The position numbers and the translations under genes were made by a program. A stretch of 64,000 bases of DNA, taken from positions 22,270,558 to 22,334,557 of the forward strand of contig OZ316895.1 of NCBI GenBank assembly GCA_973895155.1, given 5' to 3'. This DNA is from Marsupella aquatica. Taxonomy: Eukaryota; Plantae; Marchantiophyta. Under the pieces are notes generated by a model, which was not told the origin of the DNA, made no database searches, and was given only the letters and a program-made list of their open reading frames with translations. Below, piece after piece: positions 50,018 to 61,307 of this stretch (within the stretch, counting starts at the first letter, position 1; each line of letters opens with the position of its first letter).

Positions 50018-51880
50018 ATGGCTGGCTTCCGTCTCCAGATTCAGGCCAGAATTGTGGGAGTGAGAATCTGGCAAACGAATTATGTCGAACGAGGAGGAGA
50101 GCTGTCGAATTTACTGGGCCAATTCGTACCTCAGAGGTCCAGTTCCACGACATCATTCCATGGTGCCATTTTTAGGTCACTCTTCCTCGCATCGAGAGAA
50201 GCAGACGGCGGGAAATTTTCGTCACAGCAGACGAGTTCGAAGTCTTATTTACATGGAAGAACGGGAGTTGAAACAGGGGACAGCAATTCAACAGAGAAGG
50301 AGGGTTTAATCTACTGGCTGAAGGCGTTCTCTGGACGGATGCAATCACTTGAAATTGACGAAGTTCTGAGCAGGGTGAAGGCTCGGAAGAGGAAGGACTT
50401 ATTTGAAGCATCCAGCTTTGTCCATCGCCGGAGGATGGTGCAGAACACTTCCAGACGGAACCAGAAAAATGGAGAAAAATCCTCCTCGGTGCTGGAAGTA
50501 GGAGTGAAATACAACGTGATTAGAGTAGACAATGATGGACGTCTCCAACATTTAGAGCTCAAGTCCTCACAGCTTGGTGTACATCCTCGGGATGTGGATC
50601 TGCTGTCCAGCAGCACATTCATTCCACAAAGAGCAACCATTGCCGTTCAAAGGGACAAGGTTCTTGTGCGGATGGAGAATGTGAGAGCAATCGTATACAA
50701 GGATCACGTCCTGCTGTTTGATGCTCATCACCCACGTGTTGCCACGGAAGGAGTGTTTGTGTCACCTCAAAGGGTGAAAGAGAATTCGTCTCCTCACAGG
50801 GCAAGAGATGCCTTTGCCGATTCACTGGCACGAAAAGCGAAAGAAATTCCTGCTGATTTACCAGACCCTATGCCATTCCACTTGCGTGTGATGGAGTCCC
50901 TCCTGGAGGAAACCAGCAATTATTTCCATCAGAAAGTAGACCGCTTGAAGCTTGTGGTTGAGAGGATCTTGCACGAGCTAACGAATGATTTCAGCATGGG
51001 GGGTTTGCAGACACTTTTGCCTCTGAAGAGGGCAGTAACCGAAATTGAGCATGATGTTCGTGACGCCCATCAGGCAATGGATCAGGTCTTGTGCAGCGAC
51101 GAGAATTTGCAGGCATTGTGCCTAGTGAATGACGATTGCAGCAGGCAATCAGGACCACCCTCTGCTGGGCCAGAACAAACACAGCAAGCAAAATGGGAAG
51201 GTGGGTCACAGACCTCGTGGAATAGAGAGGATCACATTTACAGACTTCGTCAAGCAGCAGTGGACATGCTACTCACCTATCAGAGAGAAGTTGACGATGC
51301 GGGGGGTGTCCTGGAGGAGCTCAGGAAAGGTATGGAGGCAGCCCAGGAGGTTTGGGAGCTGGGGCTGGATACCACACGCAACAGAATCATTCGGATGAAC
51401 TTGTACATTAGTATCTTTACGTGTTCCCTCGCCGTAGCAACTCTTCCTGCAGCCTTCTTTGGCATGAACCTTCCCAGTGGATTTGAAGAGCACCCAACGT
51501 TGTTCTACTGGGTGGTGGGTGGTGCTACAGCAACTCCGGTGGTGCTGTTGGGGGGTCTTGCTGTGGCAATTAAAGTGTGGCCCAGGATTGTTGACAAACG
51601 ACGTGCCCAGGATCTTGCTGGTTTGCTCAACCTGCTACGTCATCTTGACAGCGTTGATGATATTGTTGAAGCTGTCACGCGCAAAGCGACCAGCGCGAAA
51701 ATTACCAGAAAGGAATTTCAAGAAATCTTGAAATCACACGATTTGGCCCAATTTATGAGACAAAAAGAGCTCGACATTATATTCAGCATGTTTGACCGTA
51801 ACCACAATGACGTTCTAGAGGCTGAAGAGAAGCCTTCAGCATCCAAAAGCAGCTCTTCACCAAATAGGCAACAAAATTAA
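50018..51880 (+). CDS. MRS2: MRS2/CorA-family Mg2+ transporter (620 aa, intronless) with a C-terminal EF-hand-like extension; probable organellar presequence
   Basis: LGVHPRDV, VRMENVRAIV..DHVLLFD, PFHLRVMESLL, DMLLTY, LDTTRNRIIRMNL, signature FFGMNL after TM1, second TM; DRNHNDVLEAEE EF-hand-like loop. Confidence 0.93.
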   Translation: MAGFRLQIQARIVGVRIWQTNYVERGGELSNLLGQFVPQRSSSTTSFHGAIFRSLFLASREADGGKFSSQQTSSKSYLHGRTGVETGDSNSTEKEGLIYWLKAFSGRMQSLEIDEVLSRVKARKRKDLFEASSFVHRRRMVQNTSRRNQKNGEKSSSVLEVGVKYNVIRVDNDGRLQHLELKSSQLGVHPRDVDLLSSSTFIPQRATIAVQRDKVLVRMENVRAIVYKDHVLLFDAHHPRVATEGVFVSPQRVKENSSPHRARDAFADSLARKAKEIPADLPDPMPFHLRVMESLLEETSNYFHQKVDRLKLVVERILHELTNDFSMGGLQTLLPLKRAVTEIEHDVRDAHQAMDQVLCSDENLQALCLVNDDCSRQSGPPSAGPEQTQQAKWEGGSQTSWNREDHIYRLRQAAVDMLLTYQREVDDAGGVLEELRKGMEAAQEVWELGLDTTRNRIIRMNLYISIFTCSLAVATLPAAFFGMNLPSGFEEHPTLFYWVVGGATATPVVLLGGLAVAIKVWPRIVDKRRAQDLAGLLNLLRHLDSVDDIVEAVTRKATSAKITRKEFQEILKSHDLAQFMRQKELDIIFSMFDRNHNDVLEAEEKPSASKSSSSPNRQQN

Positions 51881-54800
51881 GCGTTGCGAACTTCAAATCC
51901 GTTGCTTAAACTATTGTAAAGCTGAGAGTAGGGACAGGTACGCAGTGTCGAGTTCAAATTGGATGCCCCTGTTTTGAAGAATGTGTCTGGTTTCCAGGAT
52001 TTTTAGCAATTGCCAGCGTGAAAAGTGGATTTCCTGTGGAGTGAACTGTTCAACCGTATATTCGATTGGAAGTTGCATTTCAGTCTTCAGAAACGGCGCT
52101 TGCTGTGCTTCTTTCTGTAGGAGGGAATTGAATGTTGGGAAGATGTGGTCTATTGATGTCCCCTAGCGTTCATATATCGAAGAATGGAGTTGAAGCTAGT
52201 TGGTGAAGTACATTTTAGATTGGTTGATGCATTGTAGCACATGGTAAAGACAACCGATTTTGTCTTTAAAAGAAGAAATCAAACGCCGTGACCTTCAGGA
52301 GGTGTTTAGCTATAGAAGATAGTACCTTCTAGCATATCCTTTTCCTCATTTAGTGCAATAGGGATTGTGCTCATGCCTTGGATATTATATAGCAACGTGG
52401 ATGAAACTTACATTATGTTGTGGTCCTTTGCACGAAGGCCCATGATGCTGCAATGCCATCTCTACTACATGTCGGAACACGCCTCACAGCGATGGGCTGA
52501 GGTGTGGAATTGGAAATGCATTCTCTTCTTGTAAGCTCCTGAAGCCATTCTAGTCATGTGTTACTGTTCTGATTTGTGAGCGTCAGATTCGAACGATGGA
52601 CACAGAAGAAGGCCTTGTGTATGGGTCAGACAGATTTGTTCTATGCTCAACACATGATGCTATTCAATACAAGAGGAGCCAACTCAGATAACTAGGCTGA
52701 GGACTTTTACCAAGTTAGGCAGTGAATCTTTGAGGATTCTGTGGACATATTTGCTGTTTCTGCTGTTCAGAGGTTCTGGAGAATGGAGGACGAAACACAG
52801 AAAATGCAAATATGAACCAAAGGGTGGACTAAATTTTGTATAGTGAGGAGTGAAGAAATAAATATAATAGTGCCATTGCCAAGTGTCATTGCCAAGTGGA
52901 TTCTCGCAAAGATTGAAAGTCAAAGTTTTGTATGAACCGCTGATTTTCCTTCTGGTCAGGAGAGGATCAGGTGTCTTCAATCATGAGGTCAGCAGTTATA
53001 TCATAGTTTTAAGCTCTCTAAGATCTTGCAGCCAGTGAAAGACAGTGCGAGCTTCAAACCTCATGGTTGGTTATCATGCAAGGATCTGAGCTTGTCTTTA
53101 GAACTCCTTGTTGCGAGTGATACCAACGTGCCTCACTTGCCTTCGGTGAGGTATACGCAGTATGACCCAGTTGAAAGTCACTTTGCATTGTCGAAAGCCA
53201 TGTAGGTTAGAATCTTCTGACTGAAAAGCTAGAATTCTATGTGAAGAGACTGTTTTGCCTTCTTACTCATTGAGAAATTTCTTTTTGTCTACGTTCTTGC
53301 TGCTAGTTTATGAAACTCTTCGGGCACATAAGAAGGTAGGTGTTATATCTTACAATATAGCAAAGTACTTGTGCCAGCCTGACTGTCTCGTCCAGTATTT
53401 CTGCAAACGTGGTAACTTTGTTCATAGTTGTAAGCAAAGAAGATGAGAAATTCAAGGATGTACGAACACAGGAATCTCTACACTAAGGAGATGAGACAAT
53501 CGCTAATCGTGCAAAATTCCTATTTTCATGATAACAAGTTACGAAGAGATTCTACATTGAAGTTACTTGAAAGATCTTGCCGCCAAGTTTAGGATTGACG
53601 TAGCAACAGCAAAGAAATGAACAGGCGTACAGGATCAAAGAGAGGGATCTCCTGACGAGAGTCATGACCTTTGACACAGTATCTTGTCTCCTCTCTTATT
53701 AACAAATGAAGGTCGTCCATTACTTCAGATGCTTAAAATTGCATCTATAGAAATCTCTGTTTTCAGAATAAATGACATCAAGAGAAAAGCACTACCACAA
53801 CTAACGCGAACAAGAGAACAAGGTGGGTGTGTAACGTTTGTCGCTTCTCGACAAACCTCTGTGAAAATTCTGGTGAGCAACCGCAATCTGCTTTAGTTGC
53901 TCTCAAAGTCCCAAGTATTCAATAGCTAGTACTCCCTGGTCTCCTTCTAATTCTTGCTTTACATTTCATTGCACCTTCCCGACTGGTGTTGATCCAATCC
54001 AAAGACGTTATTAGACTACATTCGTGAGCCTTCAATCCACGCATACTTTCTCCCAACGATTTGCTCTTAATTTAGCTCTGAAATGAGAAACGCTGATAAG
54101 GTTGAATTTGAATCTCTATCGTATCGTATTCTTCAAGATTACCATCGACGAATGCACCGTTTCAACGGAAGCCCGAGTGTCCACCGAACATAATTCTAGA
54201 TAGAAAAGGAGAACTACTTGGTAGATCTGTAATATGTTCACATTCGAGCCGCACCCACTTCAAGAGTGCCTTCGATAGGCCTTCGACTGCACTCTGTTCA
54301 GGTACGTGTTGTCCTTTGTCCATTGTAAGATGTATTCAGCGATCTAAGTTTGAGAGGTTTGACATGGTTCGACTCTTCTACAGTCCATACCTGCATTGCT
54401 TGGATGCACACAAGAGGAGATTGTTTGGATGCAGACCAGATGAAATTGATACCCTATCTGATAGGAGCGGAATTAGTTATCATTTTGTCTGAAGTATCTA
54501 TCTACAGCATTGGTTTTGCGTCTTCCGATAACGAGAGATATGACTGGCAATCACTGGAGTTGAAAACTAGAAAGACGGACATGTTTACCGAGGAATACGA
54601 TGAGAGTGGATATGGCGACACAATTTTTGCCTTGGGACATTCTCATATGCTGAATAGAGACCGGGACGTCGCCGCTGTTGTACTGAATCATAGGTTGGAT
54701 TCCTGAGGAGAGTTGTTTTCTATAATTAGTACTTGGTCGGAATGTTGGCCACGATGACATCGCCTTTGTTTCTGCTCGTGTTAATTGACACTGATCAGAT

Positions 54801-54939
54801 TCAGAGCGATAGGTAATATATTCCAAACTAGCTGCAGTTGGAAAGGAGTTAACTTGTATGGACAAGTTACATTGTCGAATGTCCATTAGAGGGAGGTGAC
54901 GTTTCTCGCCTAGCTAGATAAGATCCAATTCTATCTGCC

Positions 54940-55850
54940 CAAACGAGGCCATTAGTTTAGCGCTCTTCGGCCAAGGCAACCTCATCTGCTGTCTACAAGG
55001 CCGCATAGGCAGAAGTCCAGATAGAGGGCATAGAATTTCTTCCACACTTGATCAAGAAAGCTGGGCATGGGATCTGACTTGCGTTCAACGAATCGGACTT
55101 GAGTTCAGCTTTATACTGTCTGCCAGGAATGCGCGAGTCCTATAAAAGTAGGCATGGTGCTCAATGTCATGATCGGCTTCCAAGATTTGATGACTTCGGG
55201 TTCAAGGTGTCCAACTTAGACACGTAATATCTCCATGCTCGCCCCATACTGTAGTTATGCTTTGGAAAGGGACCTAAGATCTTGACTGGCATGTGTTCAA
55301 AGTCTGTTCCAGACGTTGCTCGTTTCAAGTATTTTTACAAGCACGAGTGCAAAAGCCGCATCAATTTCGAATGCAAAGTAAGGAACGAGGTTGATCCCGT
55401 TGCTACGATGGCGAGTATGACGACGGACAATCGGAACCTGGTCAAAGAAGAATTAAAAGTATGAAATTACGCGCACGACGGTAATCGCCAGCCCGGGATC
55501 GCCAGTCTTGATATCAAATCAGTTCGCACATTTTTCTGGCCACCTACATCAGGACAAGATTTTGAGAAAAAGACGCGTACTCGTCAAGCAAAGAAGATCG
55601 ATCATAAGTCAATGATTTCAGTTGAAGGAAATGTGTCATGTAATCAGGGACAAGATTGGACCATTGCTTTCCCTGATCTAGCTTATGCTCGTTAGTAAAT
55701 TAACAATGATTGTTTTCTTGTGCATATGTGTCTATAATGAACCGCATATTTAGGCATTGTCCTGAATATACAGGTGATCGAAGGTCTCGTTCTCACTCGA
55801 AGAAGATGAAGATCCATGATCGATCGAGTCCTGTCTAGGTCTTTCTCAAT
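54940..55850 (+). pseudogene. Decayed SPT16-like paralogue (C-terminal part of the NTD and traces of the following linker/dimerisation region)
   Basis: DNA similarity to 57915-58250: cgctcttcggccaaggcaacc, tctgctgtctaca, gagggcatagaatttcttccacac, gctgggcatgggat, gttcaacgaatcg, ggcatggtgctcaatgtc. It carries indels and stops. Downstream it reads SKSVPDVA, KEELK and KVSF, which resemble full-length SPT16. Confidence 0.8.
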
Positions 55851-56981
55851 CCCAAATACAATAGCTATTGCTGTAAAACTTTCAGCCAAAATAATAAAGA
55901 GTAAGCATCAACGCATAGATCCGCCAAATGTAGCGAAAGTACGTTCTAATCAGATAGCACATGTACTGACCATCGTCGAAACGAGTTTTCACGTGGACGA
56001 AGCCAATCGATCGATGAACATTGCTGTAAGAAATCGTAAGTGACATTGCACTATCAGTATATCCTTTGTCGATTGGAAAAGATATGAGGGAAAGACGTAC
56101 TGTACCTTCTTATACCATCTAGTGTGCTTTAACAAACGCCGGTACATGCCTGGAGAGTAGATGCGTCGACCATATCAAACCGTAGTCGTTCCAATCAAAT
56201 TCGTGCCTTCAAGATATCCTACCAGACTAACATAAAGACCAAGGAGCTCGTAACCGAATGAATTGCTGAAGACTGGCTGAGCAGGGGCTGAGCAAAGGTC
56301 GGACTACTGGCCGGCACCACTTAGGTAGCTAGCTACGGAGGCGGTTGAATGTGAAAAGTCTACGGATCTATCAAGTTCTCATTTCAGAACTAGAAACCAA
56401 TTCGTTTCAGGGACCTAACGTTTGAAATTCTTCATATACAACAGGTTCAAATTATTTCCCGCAAATTCCGAGCATTCGGCCGGGAAATTGACGTTCGAGA
56501 TTCTTCATAAAGAACATGTTTGACTTATCCGACTGCGCATTTCCTTAAGTAGTGCAAAAGCTCGAGAAAGGTCATTCAAATGGGACAATTATGCCTATTA
56601 ACCCCACGATAATGAAGTTGAAACTTCCGACGCACTTGGTCGGAAATTAGAGCACCGTGAGGGAGAGACAAAATGGGAAAGACGGCGGGAAGATTTTTTA
56701 GAGGAATGTAGTACGAATGGACGCCGCCGAAGGGGAAGATTTGGGAAGATCATTCAGAAGTCGAGATCGGAATTTGGAAGACTCACACTAAAAAACGTGG
56801 TGTCCATTTCTGCGCGCGAGCAATATTTTTGGAGGTCGACATGAGACGGGTAAGGCAAAGTATTCCAAAACACGGAGTAGCATCTAAAACTGTACTCGAA
56901 AAAACACTGCATCAACAAGAGTGACCGAAATTTTATCGTCTGAATATCCCATTTTAACTGCAGCACGAAGAAAGAGCCGCA

Positions 56982-58268
56982 ATGGCAAGTAGGAGCAATG
57001 CTGGCCCTACAAATGCCACCAACAGTAACCAAGGAGGAAGCGAAGAAAATGTTCCAATCGCTCCCCCGTTCACTCCTGTGGCAGAGCCGTTTAGATTCGG
57101 CCTTTTCGCGCTAAGATTGAATAATTTGTTTCAAATGTGCGCCAAGCAAGAGGTTTGGGAGGATGTACCCGCAATTGCAGTGGCGTGCCCGTACGCCATT
57201 GAAGACGTACGGGACTTGAGGCAGTATTCAATATTGCAAGTTTGGCTGTTTGGCTGCCAGTTCCCGAAGACGCTGATGATCTTTGTACGGGGCGCATTAC
57301 ACATCTTGTGTAGTCCAGAGACGGCTACAAGACTCGACGAGCTCGGTGGTCACCGTTCCGTGACCCTCCATCACAACTTTAAGGTGTTAGTACATTTGAC
57401 GAACGAAGCAGACCTCATGCAACGACTGTCCGAACGTCGTTGCCCCGAGATCAGTAATGTGAATGTGGCCGACTTCTTCTCAGAACTATTGGCCGTGAAG
57501 GACGAGTCTGCGATCAGGAACGTGAGGAGGGCCTCCCTGCTTAGCTTAGACACGATGGAAAACTACGTCTTGAACAAATTAAGAAGCGCAAAAGGGACAA
57601 GCATCTCCCATGCAAAACTCATGGAAGACACAAGGACTGCAATTCTCGATCCCCTCACACACAATCTGAAAGTAAAATGGAATCCCGACAGCGTGAGCAT
57701 TTGTTACGATCCGATCTTTCAAAGCGGACAAGATTTTGATCTACCTCCCAACGCCATCAGTAATGACGAGCCTCTCGACGATGGTGCTAATGCGGTCATC
57801 ACATTTGCTCTAAATGTCCGCTATGCCGGCTACTGTGCGAATATCACCAGAACGTACCTCATTGATCCAATCCGAACGCAAAGGAGAGCATACAGTGTGC
57901 TCTTCAGAGCGCACGACGAGGCCATCACCGCTCTTCGACCAGGGCAACCATTGTCTGCTGTCTACATGACGGCACGGTCGGTGGTCGCGCAAGAGGGCCT
58001 AGAGTTTCTTCCACATCTGACGCGAGACGCTGGGCACGGGATTGGAATCGAGTTCAACGAATCGAACATGACATTGTCTGCGAGCAATGATGGAGTCCTG
58101 CTGAAAGCGGGCATGGTGTTCAATGTCGTGCTCGGGTTCCAAGAGGTGGTGGATCCAACGACGAGAAAGTTCTCGATGCTGTTGGCCGATACCGTAGTTG
58201 TTTTGGCCAAGGGGCCTCAGATTCTCACAGGAATGTGTAGGAAGTCCCTTTCACACATTCTGCTTTAG
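56982..58268 (+). CDS. SPT16-like protein comprising only the N-terminal aminopeptidase-P-like (M24 fold) domain of the FACT subunit (428 aa, intronless)
   Basis: LQVWLFGCQFPKTLMIF, LLAVKDESAI, ISHAKLMEDT..AILDP, ICYDPIFQSG..FDL.P.A.SND, RYAGYCANITRTYLID, GIGIEF.ES, LKAGMVFNV.LGF and KFSMLLADTVVV are SPT16 NTD motifs. The stop falls right after the domain. Confidence 0.88.
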   Translation: MASRSNAGPTNATNSNQGGSEENVPIAPPFTPVAEPFRFGLFALRLNNLFQMCAKQEVWEDVPAIAVACPYAIEDVRDLRQYSILQVWLFGCQFPKTLMIFVRGALHILCSPETATRLDELGGHRSVTLHHNFKVLVHLTNEADLMQRLSERRCPEISNVNVADFFSELLAVKDESAIRNVRRASLLSLDTMENYVLNKLRSAKGTSISHAKLMEDTRTAILDPLTHNLKVKWNPDSVSICYDPIFQSGQDFDLPPNAISNDEPLDDGANAVITFALNVRYAGYCANITRTYLIDPIRTQRRAYSVLFRAHDEAITALRPGQPLSAVYMTARSVVAQEGLEFLPHLTRDAGHGIGIEFNESNMTLSASNDGVLLKAGMVFNVVLGFQEVVDPTTRKFSMLLADTVVVLAKGPQILTGMCRKSLSHILL

Positions 58269-58366
58269 TCCTCTTTTGTCTTTCGCGCCTTTGTATGATT
58301 TTTAGTTCTATTTGTATACCCAAGTGAGTCCTCTTTAGAGGGCATTATTGAATACTACTCTATGGT

Positions 58367-58572
58367 GCATTGTAGAGAAGATATAGAGACAAGATATTGA
58401 GACTAAATAAAGATGTCAAGGTGAGACAAATATATATTATGCATTGTAAAGAAGATATTGAGAAGATATTGAGGCGAGGTAAAGATATCAAGGTGAGACA
58501 AAGATGTATTAGCATTGTAGAGAAGATATTGAGGCGAGATAAAGATGTCAAGGTGAGACAAAGATATATTGG
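58367..58572. repeat. ~60-74-bp tandem repeat x3
   Basis: gcattgtagagaagatattgaggcgagataaagatgtcaaggtgagacaaagat repeated with indels. Confidence 0.85.
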
Positions 58573-59167
58573 CGAGGCAATGAAATGGAAGCAAGGTAAA
58601 GAAATGCAGGTGAGGAAAGGGAATGAACCCAAGCATAGAAATAGTGTGGTCCAGGCATGGTTGTTCCTGCTATATGGAGGGAGAAAGTTATTTCATTTTT
58701 TTTCCTTTTGCATTTCCTTACTCCAGAGGTCCCTTTCTCTCCTTTTGCTCTTGCTCCGTCCCACCCCACTTACTGCCTCCCTCTCCCCACCCTTTTATTC
58801 CCTTCAATATGATTTAAAAAGGAGAATTTTTTTTTTAAAAGAACCCAATGGAAGAAGAAATCACCAATTCAAAAAGCAAATAGCAAAAAGTCAAAAAAAA
58901 ACTCTCATACCAATGTCCTTCTCATATAGGGGTTACATGCCATAAACAATTCATGAAAAGTGCTATAATGTAACGTACTATACACTGACATTAAGGTGTA
59001 GTCAGTACCTTGTACCTACTTATTGCAAAGGCAAGTATATTTATTGGGCACATTTTGATTCAACCCAAGGGTGTCAAAGACCATGGAATACATGTGACAG
59101 TGGCCTGGGGTTTACATTTTGGAAGCGATTGTATGTTATAGTTTGACTAGCTCAATACCCATGCGTT

Positions 59168-59585
59168 GCACAAAAGATGTCGTGACGGCCAAGATGTCGT
59201 TCCTGATGTCGTTGAGAACAAAAGAGGTCATGTCGGCCAAGAGGTTGTTGAGAATAAAGATGTCATATCGGCCAATTAGAGGTCGTTGAGAAGAAAGATG
59301 TTGTATCGCCCAAAATGTGAGAACAAAAGATGTCGTGTTGGCCAAGATGCCGGTGATAACAAAAGATATCGTGTCGGTCAAGAAGTCGTTGAGAACAACA
59401 GATGTCATGTCTCCCATTCAAGATGTTATTAAGAAAAAAGATGTCATGTAATCTAAGATGTCATTAAGAAAAACAAATATTGTGTTGCCCAAGATGTTGT
59501 TATTTAAGAAAAAAGATGTGGTGTCACCCAAGATGCCATTAAGAAAAAAAATATGGTGTCACCCAAGATGTTCTTGAAAAAAAAG
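59168..59585. repeat. ~36-40-bp minisatellite, about 10-11 diverged copies
   Basis: Consensus gagaacaaaagatgtcgtgtcggccaagatgtcgtt. Confidence 0.88.
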
Positions 59586-60089
59586 TCTTGCGCAAAATGG
59601 GCGCCAAAAATGAGTAACAACAACCACAAAGTATCACCAGGCAAGAATGATTTTTGTCTTTGTATTTTTCATTTTGTAATTCCTTGAAAACCTTAACCCC
59701 CCCCCCCCCCCCCCCTTTAGGCCTTTTGTACTATTTTTGGTTTGATCTTTTCTATTACATTATGTAATATTTGTAATCATTTAAACTCCTCCTAGGACAT
59801 AGATTACCATGTGGTACAATGTCTAGGCATGGAGAATACTATTTCTATGCATGGGGCTTCGTATGCATGGATAGTACTATACATAGATGGTCCATAAAAT
59901 ACTTGATTATTGTGTATTGGCATTCCCTGACATTCCCAATTCCCAATTCCCCTTTAGTTCTTGCTTGGAAAACGTGTCACTCTTTATTTCACACTCAATA
60001 TAATTATGTTTTATTCCTTCTGTCGGTCAGATTTTTTAATTTTTGTGCCCTGCACATTTGAATGACGACCACTCTAAAAAGTGGGGCAA

Positions 60090-60295
60090 TTGTGTATTAT
60101 AGGAGTTAATAATGCTTTTAAAACAAGAGCTTGGCCTCTAGTTTTGAGGGTCTATTATTGCCCATAATGCCCTCAAAACAGTACCTTATTGCACTTTAAG
60201 GCATGAGAGATGTTTATTTTTTCCAACTCAGTTAATAAAAGGAGTGGAGAATCTTACTAAAGAGTTTATCAGATCTTGGCTGGGGCATCTTGCTC
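60090..60295 (-). mobile_element. Short copy of the dispersed element at 15950-16770
   Basis: The reverse complement aligns to 15955-16078 and then directly to 16700-16770. Confidence 0.6.
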
Positions 60296-61184
60296 CCAGA
60301 ATGCCCTGAAAATTTTGAAGGGAAAAGCACAAAGGGCATTAAGTTGTTTTGGAAGACTCAAGGGCCTATATTCCTCTCTGGTTTCTTGTGGTGTTTCAGT
60401 TTCTTTCTCCTTTATAAGGTCTCTTGTCTTTGTGGTCCTGTATCCCCTGGTTTAGCCCCTTTGTATCCTGGGTTTTGTTCTTTGGATGTGTGATAAAAAC
60501 TCTTTAATAATGGTCCTCATGCATTGTGCTTTGGTTTTCCCTTGGAAAGTCACTCTGTTTTTACAAGTTTGAGGGCAAAAGACCTATTTTCAAGAAAGGA
60601 GCCAAACAAAGTACAATAGTTTGAGTAGTCTTAGTTTGTACTTCTTTGTGAAGTTAAGTATGTATCAAAGTGCCAAAGAACCAAAATGCTCAACTGGAGA
60701 CACAATTTCAAAGGCAAGAGACCCACTAAAGTTACTTTTTCTTGCAAATTTGAGACAAAGGAACAATTTACAGAATCATGAGAGGTCAAATTTGAGGGCA
60801 TAGGACCGATTTATAGAAAAGGGCCCAACAAAGTGGTAAGAGTAAGAGCGTTCCAGAGAGGACAAATTCAAAAGAGGCCGCCAACCCAACCCAGAATATA
60901 ACACATGTAAGGTTTGCCTGCAAATAACTTGCATATTTATTTTCTTTTTTAACAAAAAGTTTATTCTAGAACACCGGCGAAGGTCACAGCAACAGCAGGA
61001 CCCAAGTGGGCTCTTACATTACAAGTGTCTCATCATCGAATTACTATTACTGGGGTTTGAGTTGCACATTTGAATTGCTAATAATTTGAATTTTAAACTT
61101 GGATGAAATTATCTTTTAAACTCCGGTTCAAGAAGTTCATGCTTGGAATAGAACGCTTCATTTGACCTAGAACTAGGATAGATC

Positions 61185-61307
61185 AACGATTCTTTGATGC
61201 CCACAAAGGTTTGATTCCAATTTCACACAATTTTGGGGACGATGTAACGATTCTTTGATGCCCAAAAAGGTTTGATTCCAATTTCAAACAATTTTGAAGA
61301 CGATGTG
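61185..61307. repeat. 61-bp direct duplication
   Basis: aacgattctttgatgccca.aaaggtttgattccaatttca.acaatttt...gacgatgt twice. Confidence 0.9.

Noticed and set aside
56982-58268. Active Xaa-Pro aminopeptidase or a horizontally acquired bacterial M24 peptidase
   Set aside because: The motifs are SPT16-specific and most metal ligands are missing.
58360-58945. 182-aa plus-strand ORF and overlapping minus-strand ORFs
   Set aside because: Translation of a tandem repeat and low-complexity DNA.
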